A stretch of 64,000 bases of DNA from Macrostomum lignano (Eukaryota), in NCBI GenBank assembly GCA_002269645.1, contig NIVC01000013.1, positions 248,001 to 312,000 of the forward strand, in the 5' to 3' direction. The notes below the pieces were generated by a model. It worked only from the letters and a program-made list of their open reading frames with translations. It had not been told where the DNA came from and searched no databases. Positions 21,720-36,484 of the stretch are shown here, piece by piece (position 1 is the stretch's first letter; every line of letters starts with the position of its first letter). A program made the translations under genes and the position numbers.

Positions 21720-24700
21720 ATGCCTTATGAAGGAACAGTGTGTCCTTTTTGCTCAAAGCCATATACTTTGAGTCAGGTGGCACAGTATATGTGTCATTTA
21801 AAATCTCATGGTTTTAACTTGCATCATTTGAAAGTCCCAAGGTCAAGGTCACAGAGAGTAAAAATCAGGCAGCGCCTTTTAGACAATAGTAGGAACAGAA
21901 AGGTAAGACATTCAATTGAGTTTAATAATTATGCAGAATGTTTTTAATACTTACTTATCAGTAATACAGTCGTAATATACAGTTGCTAAACAGCACCCTA
22001 AAGAACTCCATTTTGAACCCTAATTCAGAGGCTACGGATTTTACATGGCGGTCCATCAGCTAGGCTTCCTGCTGTGCCAGAAGAAGATCCCCAAATTGTT
22101 GATGACAATCTAGCACAGCCAATTATTGAGTCTGTAAGCTTTGTTTGTAGGACCATTGTCAGGCATTATAAAGTGATGGAAACTACATGATAACTACTAA
22201 ACCTATTTACATATTTAAAAATACTTAGATTGATGCCGAATTGAATCTGGAGTCTGCTGCGGGTAGTAGCAGTCGAGGAGTGCAACAACAGCATAGCGAA
22301 GAGCAGCCTTCAAGTGCTCAGGCTCAATCAAGTGACTTAATTTCAAACGTGTCTCGCGATTTAGTGATTAATTTAACTCGCTGCGATGCTAGCCAGGTAA
22401 TTATATGTGCTGTTTATCGAGTAATATTTCAGATTTTCTTGCCTTATTGAAGTATCAATAGTTTTGAAAACATGGAGTGTGCAGAATTTTGCAACATCTG
22501 TAGTGTCAAGGGTGGGGTTGTGATGTTGATATTCCATTTGATTTTCAACTTTTTTACTTATGTCTCAAATTTACTAAGGTTTTGAATGAGCAAGCTGCTG
22601 ACGGCGTAGAGACTGCTCAACCGGAACCGGAAGTACCGCAGGAGCCCAATTATTACATTGCGAATCGCTTTTTTCCAATAGTTAGACTCGCACGTCTGGA
22701 GTATTTGCCTACTGATGAGGTGAGTAGTAAATGTTATATTTACTGTGTGTAGTAAAATAAGTTACTAAGTATGTTATAATTAGCTAAATAGCCATCTATA
22801 ATTTTACCTTTAGTTTTCGGCATCTGCGTCTTCATTACTGCGTATTCCTCTAGAGCGTAACGATAATGAGAGTGAAACTGAAACTTCTGCTTCTTCTGCT
22901 GCTTCTGTTGCTGCTGCTTCACCTGCGGCGACTGAAGCAGAAGAGATGGCTACATTGCCAGAGCAAATTTGCCGGCAACGCATTGCCGTGGTTAGACTGA
23001 CTCGCTTGGATAGTTTCACGTCAATGGTTTCGTCAGATAAATCGGTAAGTTACTTCGGTTTCTCGTAATTTCTCCAGTTGCCTACTTAACGTGTGTATGT
23101 TTGAGCTTTGATACGTTATTGCTAATAATGCGTTTATTGTTGTTACTTTGAATCCTGCCTCGCCCTCATTAGGTGGCGCAATCCCGGTCGACCAGATCTC
23201 AGACCCTGGACACAACGGTTGAGCGAAAGAGGTTTGTGGAAACTGGAGAGCAACAGAAAACCAGGTCATCTTGCTTGGGGCCCAGAACCCGACATCAGGA
23301 TGCTGAAGATGAAGTGCCGAGCAGGCCCAGAACCCGACATCAGGATGCTGAAGATGAAGAGCTGAGCAGGCCCAGAACCCGACATCAGGATGCTGAAGAT
23401 GAAGTGCCAAGCAGGCCCAGAACCCGACATCAGGATGCTGAAGATGAAGAGCTGAGCAGGCCCAGAACCCGACATCAGGATGCTGGAGATGAAGAACCGA
23501 GCAGGCCCAGAACCCGACATCAGGATGCTGAAGATGAAGAGCTGAGCAGGCCCAGAACCCGACATCAGGATGCTGAAGATGAAGTGCCAAGCAGGCCCAG
23601 AACCCGACATCAGGATGCTGAAGATGAAGAGCCGAGCAGGCCAAGAACCCGACATCAGGATGCTGAAGATGAAGAGCTGAGCAGGCCCAGAACCCGACAT
23701 CAGGATGCTGAAGATGAAGTGCCAAGCAGGCCCAGAACCCGACATCAGGATGCTGAAGATGAAGAGCCGAGCAGGCCCAGAACCCGACATCAGGATGCTG
23801 AAGATGAAGAGCCGAGCAGGCCCAGAACCCGACATCAGGATGCTGAAGATGAAGAGCCGAGCAGGCCCAGAACCCGACATCAGGATGCTGAAGATGAAGA
23901 GCCGAGCAGGCCCAGAACCCGACATCAGGATGCTGAAGATGAAGTGCCAAGCAGGCCCAGAACCCGACATCAGGATGCTGAAGATGAAGAGTCCGGCAGA
24001 CCAAGAACCCGGAATCGGGATACTAGAGATGGAGAGCTGAGCAGACCCAGAACCCGACATCAGGATGCTGAAGATGAGGAGTCAAGCAGTCCCAAAACCC
24101 GACACCAGGATGCTGAAGATGAAGTGCCAAGCAGGCCCAGAACCCGACATCAGGATGCTGAAGATAAAGTGCCAAGCAGGCCAAGAACCCGACATCAGGA
24201 TGCTGAAGATGAGGAGTCAAGCAGTCCCAGAACCCGACACCAGGATGCTGAAGATGAAGTGCCAAGCAGACCCAGAACCCGACATCAGGATGCTAAAGAT
24301 AAAAGGTCGAGAAGATCTAGAACCCAAGATCGGGATGCTGAAGATGAAGAGCCAAGAAGATCCAGAAACCGACATCAGGATGCTGGAGATGAAGAGCTGA
24401 GTAGACCCCGAACTCGACACCAGGATGTGGCAAATAAAAGGTTAAGAAGGTCCAGAACCCGGGATCGGGACATAGGAAATGAAGAGCTAAGATCCAGAAC
24501 CCGACATCAGGATGCTAAAGATATAGACCGGAGCAGACTTCGGACACGACACCATCTTGCTGAAAATCTAGAGTCGAAAAGGTCTAGAACCCGACATCAG
24601 ACTGGGCATGAAGAGCCGAGAAGGTCCAGAACTCGACACAATAGCCTTCATCGACATAGTTCAGCCTCGTCGTTCCAAGCAGCCCGGCAGCAGAGCAACA

Positions 24701-25233
24701 GTCCATTAGGCAGCAGTCATAGAAGCTTCCGCTGTCGCTTCTGTCACGCCCGCTTCATTCGGAACGGCGACTTGAAGGCGCACGCGCGAGTGCACAGCGG
24801 CGCAAAGCCGTTCCGTTGCGCTCAGTGCGCGAGACGCTACGCACTGGCTGGCGATCTGCAGCGGCACGTCCGCTCAGCGCACCGGCTGGACCGGCCGCAC
24901 AAGTGCAATCGTTGCGGCAAATGTTTTGCTAGAGAATTCGACCTGAGCTGTCATGCGAGAACGCACACAGGTGATAAGCCTTTCAAATGCGACCTGTGCG
25001 GCATCAGCTTTGGTCATTCCAGCACCTTGGCTAAGCACAGACGCGTGCACACTGGCGAAAAGCCGTATCGTTGCTCACAGTGTAACATGCGGTTTTCCCT
25101 AGCGACCAGTCTCACCAATCACTTGCGAATTCACAGCGGTGAGAAACCGTTTAAATGTCGATTTTGCGGCACCAAGTTCTCTCAGGTTAGCACGCTGTCT
25201 AAGCATTATCGAATGCACGCAGAGGGTAGATGA
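21720..25233 (+). CDS. C2H2 zinc-finger protein, 6 exons: 21720-21902, 22029-22133, 22229-22396, 22579-22719, 22814-23044, 23173-25233 (about 962 aa)
   Basis: All five introns GT-AG and phase 0, each exon open. N-terminal CPFC..HLKSH finger, 14-aa repeat region, six C-terminal C2H2 fingers with TGEKP-type linkers. The start may lie further upstream (acceptor at 21688). Confidence 0.8.
23278..24600 (+). repeat. 42-bp coding minisatellite (RPRTRHQDAEDEEP/LS), about 30 copies, degenerating 3'
   Basis: Directly visible in DNA and translation. Confidence 0.95.
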
Positions 25234-25786
25234 TCAAAAACGTGATTCAAATTGAAATCTCCGTTTTCATCTGGTTGCAAGTTCTGTCACCAGTTTTGTT
25301 CAACTGAAAGTTGTGTTGTTAGTTCTTTTTTGTATTTTTCTAATTAACATTTGAAATTAAATCAATGCGTTTTGCATTTTTCCGGCTTTAGCTTGCATTA
25401 TTTAAACAATGCCTTTGTTAGGGAGGGGGGTGTTTGAAAAGCCTACGAGAATAGGTCTGCAATTACTACATGTAAGCCTGTGCGTAGCTATCTCAATAGT
25501 GTTCCGGCCTTCTTGGATAGTTTGATAGTTTGGATCATTATCATTAGTCTGGGTGAGATATTATTTGAGAAGTTAATTGCTTTTCCTGTCTCTGGAGGAG
25601 TTATAAGTGGTATTCAGATTGTTTTTGTCAAGATCGGGATTATAATTATTCCGAGTCATATTGGAGTAGGAAGTTTGGTACAAAAGGGTGTAGAAATAAT
25701 CTTTTTCAGGAGTACAAGACTCCAATATCCCATTCCTTATAGGCCGATTGTTTCGAATTTCTGAAGCACAGTCTATCTCCTTAGAA

Positions 25787-25862
25787 CAGGGGTCCGCAAA
25801 CTCCGGCCTCTGTATCTGACCATCGGGTCCTTTGAAACTTCACAATGGCAATCCGGCCCGCT
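25787..25862 (+). mobile_element. Possible hAT-type terminal fragment
   Basis: CAGGGGTCCGCAAACTCCGGCC...CCGGCCCGC resembles hAT/Charlie termini; no partner end found. Confidence 0.3.
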
Positions 25863-25904
25863 GAAGTTTTGTTTCTTTTATCAGGTTTTCTCAGGTTCTT
25901 TTCT

Positions 25905-26110
25905 CTCTAATCTCTTGTCTCTTGTTCTCTCATCTCCTCTCTCCTATCCCCTCCCTTCTCTTCTCTCATCTCCTATCCCCTCCCTTCTCTTCTCTCATCT
26001 CCTCTCTCCTATCCCCTCCCTTCTCTTCTCTCATCTCCTCTTTCCTATCCCCTTCCTTCTCTTCTCTCCCCTCCCTTCTCCTCTCCACTCCTCTCTCCTC
26101 TCCTCTCATA
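25905..26110. repeat. CT-rich low-complexity repeat
   Basis: Directly visible. Confidence 0.85.
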
Positions 26111-26309
26111 TTTTATCTACCCTCACCTATCTTATCCGTAATTTAACAAAACAGAAAGTGGTTCTGTCGTATTAGATTAGATCCTACGCTACGATAACCT
26201 GCGTTAGTTTCACAGCGTTTCACAATACTTTGTAGAAGTTTCTATTTGCATCCACATGCTAAACTTATTTTACTATATTTCCAGCTTTTTAATGCAATTT
26301 AATCAGTAA

Positions 26310-29257
<2,948 letters not shown>

Positions 29258-29344
29258 CTCAGAGTCGTTCGGAGAGGTTTTCAGCGCGTATAGCTTTTGC
29301 TGCTGCTGAAAGGTGGGCGAGTTTTGGTGTCTCGGTTTGTTCTA

Positions 29345-29625
29345 GCTGAACATTGGCATTGGTATCTGTTAGTGTTTGTCAGCTATTGGCATTGGTGTCT
29401 GTTAGTGTTTGTCAGCTATTGGCATTGGTGTCTGTTAGTGTTTGTCAGCTATTGGCATTGGTGTCTGTTGGTGTTTGTCAGCTATTGGCATTGGATGTCT
29501 GTTGGTGTTTGTCAGCTATTGGCATTGGATGTCTGTTGGTGTTTGTCAGCTATTGGCATTGATGTCTGTTGGTGTTTGTCAGCTATTGGCATTGATGTCT
29601 GTTGGTGTTTGTAGGCTACTGTCTT
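29345..29625. repeat. 33-bp minisatellite in the TXNRD2 3' UTR
   Basis: Unit TATTGGCATTGGTGTCTGTTAGTGTTTGTCAGC. Confidence 0.9.
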
Positions 29626-29848
29626 TGGTGTCTGTTGGTTTCACATTGCACTGAATCACTGACTAAAGACACCCTCGTCCACTGGTCGTACAATGCTCGC
29701 ATTTCAAAAAACTGGCATTTTGACATTGTTTAGAGCCCAGTGCCAGTAACGAATGCGAGCATTAGTTCGACCCCTCTCCACGGCTCGTGACTCTCAAAAA
29801 ACCAGAAATCAAGTTCATTTTAACTGCTCAAATTTTTTTTCTGGACTC

Positions 29849-29933
29849 GCAGTGGTGCTCTTATGACGGCCTCTCGGAATTAAACATTGGCCCGTTTGTG
29901 GTCCATTGGTCCGGTTGCCTGAACAGACATTGC
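29849..29933 (+). promoter_or_regulatory. Candidate SECIS element
   Basis: Helix I GCAGTG/CATTGC; AUGAC at 29863 and UGAA at 29920 form the quartet; AA lies 11 nt after AUGA; helix II GGC..CGGA/TCCG..GCC; the apical region is longer than usual. Confidence 0.55.
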
Positions 29934-30394
29934 CTGCTGCTGTTGTAGTTCAATCCGTAGTATAGATATTTTTATTTTGCCCAATTAGAAACGAGAATTT
30001 GATGATTAAACTGTTGCTCATATTCATATCAAAGAAGCAAATCAATTTTGCTACGGCTTTCATGACATCGCGTAATTGCTAACTGCATCCTGTCTTTGAG
30101 CTTTTATTCATTATAGAAGGCAGATGCTATTGCCGAAGTTGCTATTCGAACTTTTTGGCTGTCTGGATTGCAACCCGGAAGTTGACAGCTACGAGTACAT
30201 GTAGATGTTGCGAATCCGGAAGTTACTAGCTAGGTGTTGATCAAGAGCCAGTAGAAAACTTGCATTAAAAGTTGTTATTTATGTCAGTACGCTCGTAACT
30301 TGAACTTGCTAGCTACTCGTAGATGCTGCAAAACACTGGAAGTTGTCAATAAGTACAAACCGGTATATGTACAATGTAGAAGTTGCTAACGTTA

Positions 30395-31885
30395 TATCTC
30401 CTACACTATATCTCCGACACTATATCTCTGACACTATATCTCCTACACTATATCTCCGACACTATATCTCTGGCACTATATCTCTGGCACTATATCTCCG
30501 ACACTATATCTCTGACACTATATCTCCGACACTATATCTCTGGCACTATATCTCCGACACTTCATATCTCTGACACCATATCTCCGACACTTTATATCTC
30601 TGACACTATATCTCCGACACTTCATATCTCTGACACTATATCTCCGACACTATATCTCTGACACTATATCTCCGACACTTTATATCTCTGACACTATATC
30701 TCCGACACTTTATATCTCTGACACTATATCTCCGACACTTTATGTCGCTGACACTATATCTCCGACACTTCATATCTCTGACACTATATCTCCGACACTA
30801 TATCTCCGACACTTTATATCTCTGACACTATATCTCCTACACTATATCTCCGACACTATATCTCTGGCACTATATCTCTGGCACTATATCTCCGACACTT
30901 CATATCTCTGACACTATATCTCCGACACTATATCTCTGACACTATATCTCCGACACTTTATATCTCTGACACTATATCTCCGACACTTCATATCTCTGAC
31001 ACTATATCTCCGACACTATATCTCTGACACTATATCTCCGACACTTTATATCTCTGACACTATATCTCCTACACTATATCTCCGACACTATATCTCTGGC
31101 ACTATATCTCTGGCACTATATCTCCGACACTTCATATCTCTGACACTATATCTCCGACACTATATCTCTGACACTATATCTCCGACACTTTATATCTCTG
31201 ACACTATATCTCCGACACTTTATGTCGCTGACACTATATCTCCGACACTTCATATCTCTGACACTATATCTCCGACACTATATCTCTGACACTATATCTC
31301 CGACACTTTATATCTCTGACACTATATCTCCGACACTTTATATCTCTGACACTATATCTCCGACACTATATCTCTGACACTATCTCTCTGACACTTCATA
31401 TCTCTGACACTATATCTCCGACACTTCATATCTCTGACACTATATCTCCGACACTTCATATCTCTGACACTATATCTCCGACACTTCATATCTCTGACAC
31501 TATATCTCCGACACTTCATATCTCTGACACTATATCTCCGACACTTCATATCTCTGACACTATATCTCCGACACTTCATATCTCTGACACTATCTCTCTG
31601 ACACTTCATATCTCTGACACTATCTCTCTGACACTTCATATCTATGACACTATATCTCCGACACTTATTTCTCTGACACTATCTCTCTCTGACACTTCAT
31701 ATCTCTGACACTATATTATCTCCGACACTTATTTCTCTGACACTATCTCTCTCTGACACTTCACATCTCTGACACTATGTCTCCGACAATTCATATCGCC
31801 GACACTTTATATTTTCGACACTTCATATCTCCTACACCTCTTATCTCTGACATTTCATATCTCCCACACTTTATATCGCTGACAC
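30395..31885. repeat. Minisatellite of 14/16-bp subunits (GACACTATATCTCC, GACACTTCATATCTCT)
   Basis: Directly visible. Confidence 0.95.
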
Positions 31886-32384
31886 TATACATTTACCTCG
31901 ATAATCTATTAGATAATTGCATTAGAAAAAAATGAAGCCACTACCAATTAGAAATCCACTGTACACTACGCGGTAGAAATCATAAGCAGATTTGAATTAA
32001 AAAAATTGGATACCTTAAGTCTTTGCATCAAATTGAATGAGCCTCGTTGAATAATTCCCTTTCTATAATAACTCACATGTTCGCGCGCACTACTTGTTAG
32101 CGCTTAGTATAGTGTTTTAAATCAAAAGGATTTTTTTATGAGCGGATAGTTAAATAAAAAGTATTCAAAAACCGGAGTTGCCGACAAAGGAGCCCATTTT
32201 CCTCCGATGTAGGTCCGACCAGGTGTCAATAGGGTTGCTAATAATTGCTAATTTCATTTTTAGCTAATTCCGTTGCTTTTCCCTTGGACATGCCAATACT
32301 TTGTCCTTTGTCCCCCCACCCAACCTTGTGACCAGTTATGGAAATGAAAATTTTTGCTTCAGGGCGACAAAATATAGCACCTGT

Positions 32385-32540
32385 GGCGCTAAAATGAGTG
32401 TCTGCGGCGCCAAAATGAGTGGCTATAGCGCCAAAATGAGTGGCTGCAGCGCCAAAATGAGTGTCTGCGGCACCAAAATGAGTGCCTGCAGCGCTAAAAT
32501 GAGTGGCTGCAGCGCCAAAATGAGTGCCTGCGGCACCTAA
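32385..32540. repeat. 21-bp tandem repeat (GCGCCAAAATGAGTGGCTGCA)
   Basis: Directly visible. Confidence 0.85.
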
Positions 32541-32982
32541 ATAAGCGCTGAGAACACCAATTCTGAAAATATTGTACATATACATTTAAAATTCTTGGCT
32601 TTGTCCCCCCCCAAACAAAAAATCCCTGGCGATGCCCCTAGATACATTTAGCTCGTAAAAATTTAAAAGGATTTATGAATGCCCTAACATAATGCAGGTT
32701 GGAAATTGATAATTTTGAATGACCCGTAATTGGCAGTCACGCTAAAGTTGAACAAACCTACCTGAATATTTATGGCTTGTCTAAAATATAAACATACAAC
32801 TACCTACCTACAAGTTTTCATACATGTGCTTCGCTGTTGTAGGCTTTTAAGTCAGGTGACAAATTTAGTTTAAATTTACAGGCACGTACCGCTGTGAGGT
32901 GCAGATTTAAGTGGCTGATGCAACTGGATTCTCTGTGACCTTCGTAGCTGAAGTTTTAACTTTTATAATCAATTTATCCGAT

Positions 32983-35086
32983 ATGCTGCATTTGTACATT
33001 TTGCTATTAATCTGCTTCTCAGGAGTTGCTTTGCTAGCATCTGCTATTGATCCAGGTGAAGAACTCTTTATTGTTCGGGTGGTGCTTTGCAGGTACTCTC
33101 ATTTAGCGATTAACTTATTGATGCGAACTGCATGTGCGGTCTGTGTAATGGCTGATTGAGCTATTGTTATGAATATTGACTATGATTCGAAGCAAACATA
33201 GAGGCTTCCTTGCCCAGGTCCTCCGTTGCTGGGCCAGCCTCTCAGATCCTCAGTTGCTGGGCCAGCCTCTCAGATCCTCAGTTGCTGGGCCAGCCTCCCA
33301 GATCCTCAGTTGCTGGGCCAGCCTCTCAGATCCTCAGTTGCTGGGCCAGCCTCCCAGATCTTCAGTTGCTGGGCCAGCCTCCCAGATCCTCAGTTGCTGG
33401 GCCAGCCTCCCAGATCCTCAGTTGCTGGGCCAGCCTCCCAGATCCTCAGTTGCTGGGCCAGCCTCCCAGATCCTCAGTTGCTGGGCCAGCCTCCCAGATT
33501 CTCAGTTGCTGGGCCAGCCTCCCAGATCCTCAGTTGCTGGGCCAGCCTCCCAGATCCTCCGTTGCTGGGCCAGCCTCCCAGATCCTCAGTTGCTGGGCCT
33601 TACTTGACTTAGCTGCAGGGCTGTCCCGGAGGGGACACAGCGGGAAGGCGCGAGCGCCCATTCCGCTAGTCCCTGAACGGCCGACGCGTCGCTATGGACG
33701 GAGGGTTGGCGCCGCCCAGGGAGGTCCCCCAGTGTCGCCAGCAGTTGCTGGGCCAGCCTCCCAGATTCTCAGTTGCTGGGTCAGCCTCCCAGATCCTCCG
33801 TTGCTGGGCCAGCCTCCCAGAGTGTCAGTTGCTGGGCCAGCCTCCCAGAGTGTCAGTTGCTGGGCCAGCCTCCCAGAGTGTCAGTTGCAGGGCCAGCCTC
33901 CCAGATCCTCAATTGCCTGGCCAGCCCCTCAGACCCTCAGTTGCTGGGCCAGCCTCCCAGATCCTCTGTTGCTGGGCCAGCCTCCCAGATCCCAGCTGCT
34001 AAGACACCACAACAAGCTCCTTTGGCCATGTCCTGACTCGAAACCCGGTTCAGGCGTCTCACTTCACAGTCGAGCCCCTTTCTCTCTGCAATTCCCGCAG
34101 CCAGCTGCACCCCGCAGGATCCCGCGCCGGCGAACTTCAGCGGCTTCGATCCCCGGGTCTGGGCCGGCCGCTGCGTTCGCCTTTACGTCAGCCTGTCCGC
34201 CCAGAGGTCCGACGCTCGAGTCTGCGGCACCGAAACCTACCGAGGCGACTCCGACCTGGTGTCGGCGGCCATTCACGCTGGCCTGTTCAGTGGCTACAGT
34301 TTTGCTGCGTCGACAGTTGTCGAATTCGGCCAGGCCCTGACGGCCTACAAAGGCTCCAGACGGTACGGCGTCGCCTCGAGCGACTGCGGTGACTACGCCG
34401 GCAGCTTGAGCTTCCGCTTCCCCGCCCACCAGTTCCCTTTGCCGCCCAGCGGCTCAAACGAGATCGCCTTCTACTACGGCATGCTGGCAACGCTCGGCGT
34501 TGTCGGAAACTCTGACGGCGTCGTGATCGGCGGCGCCTCTAGCAGACGCAGCGGCGACGGTCTGGGCGTCTATGCCGCTTCGTCCGACGTCGGCGCCGCA
34601 GCCGTGCACGCCGGCCTGCTGGCGCCGGGCGAGTCGCAGCCGCTGCGGGTTTGGTTCCTGCCCAGACGGCGCAGCTTCTACGGCGGCTTCGGTCGCGGCC
34701 GCGGCTCCGGCATGACGTCAAGATCGTCGACTCAGCCTGATTGGTCGATGAGCTTCCCCGAGGCGGCGCGAACTATCTGGGGCGAGGCGCCGACGAGTTT
34801 GGAGCTCTTCGGCGGCGCTGACGGAGCTGTGCTGCGTTTTCGGCTCGCCTGCTGCTCCCCTCGTCAGCTGCCGGGGGTTCGCGGCTCCGGCGTCTACCAC
34901 GTCGACTCGAATTTCGCCGCCTCGGCGCGTCACGCCGGCCTCGTGCAGCCGAACACGGAGCGAATCTTGGTGGTGGAGTTTCTTGGAAAGGCCGATTCGT
35001 TCGCTGCGGGGTTTCGCAACGGCGTCATGTCCGAGCGGTTCGGGCCGGGCTATGCCTATCGGTTTCTGGACTCGGAGCTCGCCTGA
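32983..35086 (+). CDS. Secreted protein with three tandem LCCL-like domains, 2 exons: 32983-33055, 34101-35086 (352 aa)
   Basis: Signal peptide MLHLYILLLICFSGVALLASA; donor CCAG|GT at 33056 and acceptor TTCCCGCAG at 34100, both phase 1. Motifs VCGTETYRGDSDLVSAAIHAG, GLGVYAASSDVGAAAVHAG, VRGSGVYHVDSNFAASARHAG fit LCCL GxxxYxxxSxxxxAAxHAG. Confidence 0.75.
33205..33990. repeat. 28-bp minisatellite (two blocks, 33205-33600 and 33740-33990) in the LCCL-gene intron
   Basis: Same unit as 26945-27415. Confidence 0.93.
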
Positions 35087-35179
35087 TTCCAAAAACTGAT
35101 CTGCGCGACTGGCTTTGAAGTGTCTGACCGAGCTTCTCATCTGCATCTTCATCTGGATGCTGATCTAAATTGCGATTTT

Positions 35180-36030
35180 CACCCTGATCCCAACCCTAAT
35201 CCCAACCCTGATCCCAACCCTGATTCTAACCCTGATCCCAACCCTGATCCCAACCCTGATTCTAACCCTGATCCCAACCCTGATCCCAACCCTGATCCCA
35301 ACCCTAATCCCAACCCTAATCCCAACCCTGATCCCAATCCTAATCCCAATCCTAATCACAACAATCCCAACCCTGATCCCAACCCTGATCCCAGCCCTGA
35401 TCCCAACCCTGATCTTAAACCTGATCCCAAACCTGATCCCAAACCTGATCCCAAACCTGATCCCAACCCTGATCCCAAACCTGATCCCAAACCTGATCCC
35501 AACCCCACTCCCAACCCTGATCCCAACCCCACTCCCAACCCTGATCCCAACCCCACTCCCAACCCCACTCCCAACCCTGATCTTAAACCTGATCCCAACC
35601 CTGATCCCAAACCTAATCCCAACCCCACTCCCAACCCTGATCCTAACCCTAATCCCAACCCCACTCACAACCCTGATCCCAAACCTAATCCCAACCCCAC
35701 TCCCAACCCTGATCCTAACCCTAATCCCAACCCCACTCCCAACACTGATCCTAACCCTAATCCCAACCCCACTCCCAACACTGATCTCAACCCTGATCCC
35801 AACCCCACTCACAACCCTGATCCCAACCCTAATCCCAACCCCACTCCCAACCCTGATCCCAAACCTAATCCCAACCCCACTCCCAACCCTGATCCTAACC
35901 CTAATCCCAACCCCACTCCCAACGCTGATCCTAACCCTAATCCCAACCCCACTCCCAACACTGATCCCAACCCTAATCCCAACCCCACTCCCAACACTGA
36001 TCCCAACCCTAATCCCAACCCTGATCCTAA
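35180..36030. repeat. Hexamer-based repeat (CCCAAC/CCTGAT/CCTAAT/CCCACT), telomere-like variant
   Basis: Directly visible. Confidence 0.92.
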
Positions 36031-36484
36031 AGCTAATTAAAATGCGAATCAAAGTGCCAATAAAGGTCTAAAATACGCAAAAACATTCCCCCCAATAGCA
36101 CCATCGCAAAGAGCAAGAATTTTCTACCGTAAAAAAATTGTAAATCGTTTTCGATTCTGTTAAAGAAGTGCATAATCGGGAAAAATGATTTGAACATAAC
36201 TCCGCTGCTAAGACAACAATAAAGTGATGAAGCTTTGCCAACTAAATTTGGCCATCAAGCGGCATAATACTCATTTTTCAATGGCCGCTCCCGTCAGGCT
36301 TCGATGGGCAAGGAGCAGTCAGCATTTGCCTTGCAGATACACCGAACTGAGCTACGGCAAAACGGTATTCAACCTGCTCACTCGAGCGAGTTAAAGCTCA
36401 GTACTCAATGCTGCTAATTCAAGCCATGATTTCCATTGCTGGAATATTCCACTTTCTAGTTTTTTTGTTGCTGGATGTGTAGTG

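Noticed and set aside
32230-32640. TAGGG...CCCTA as transposon termini around the 21-bp repeat
   Set aside because: Match limited to 5 bp and no TSD.
33619-33740. GC-rich island in the LCCL intron as an extra exon
   Set aside because: The in-phase frame has no recognisable similarity and no convincing donor; exon 1 splices cleanly to 34101.
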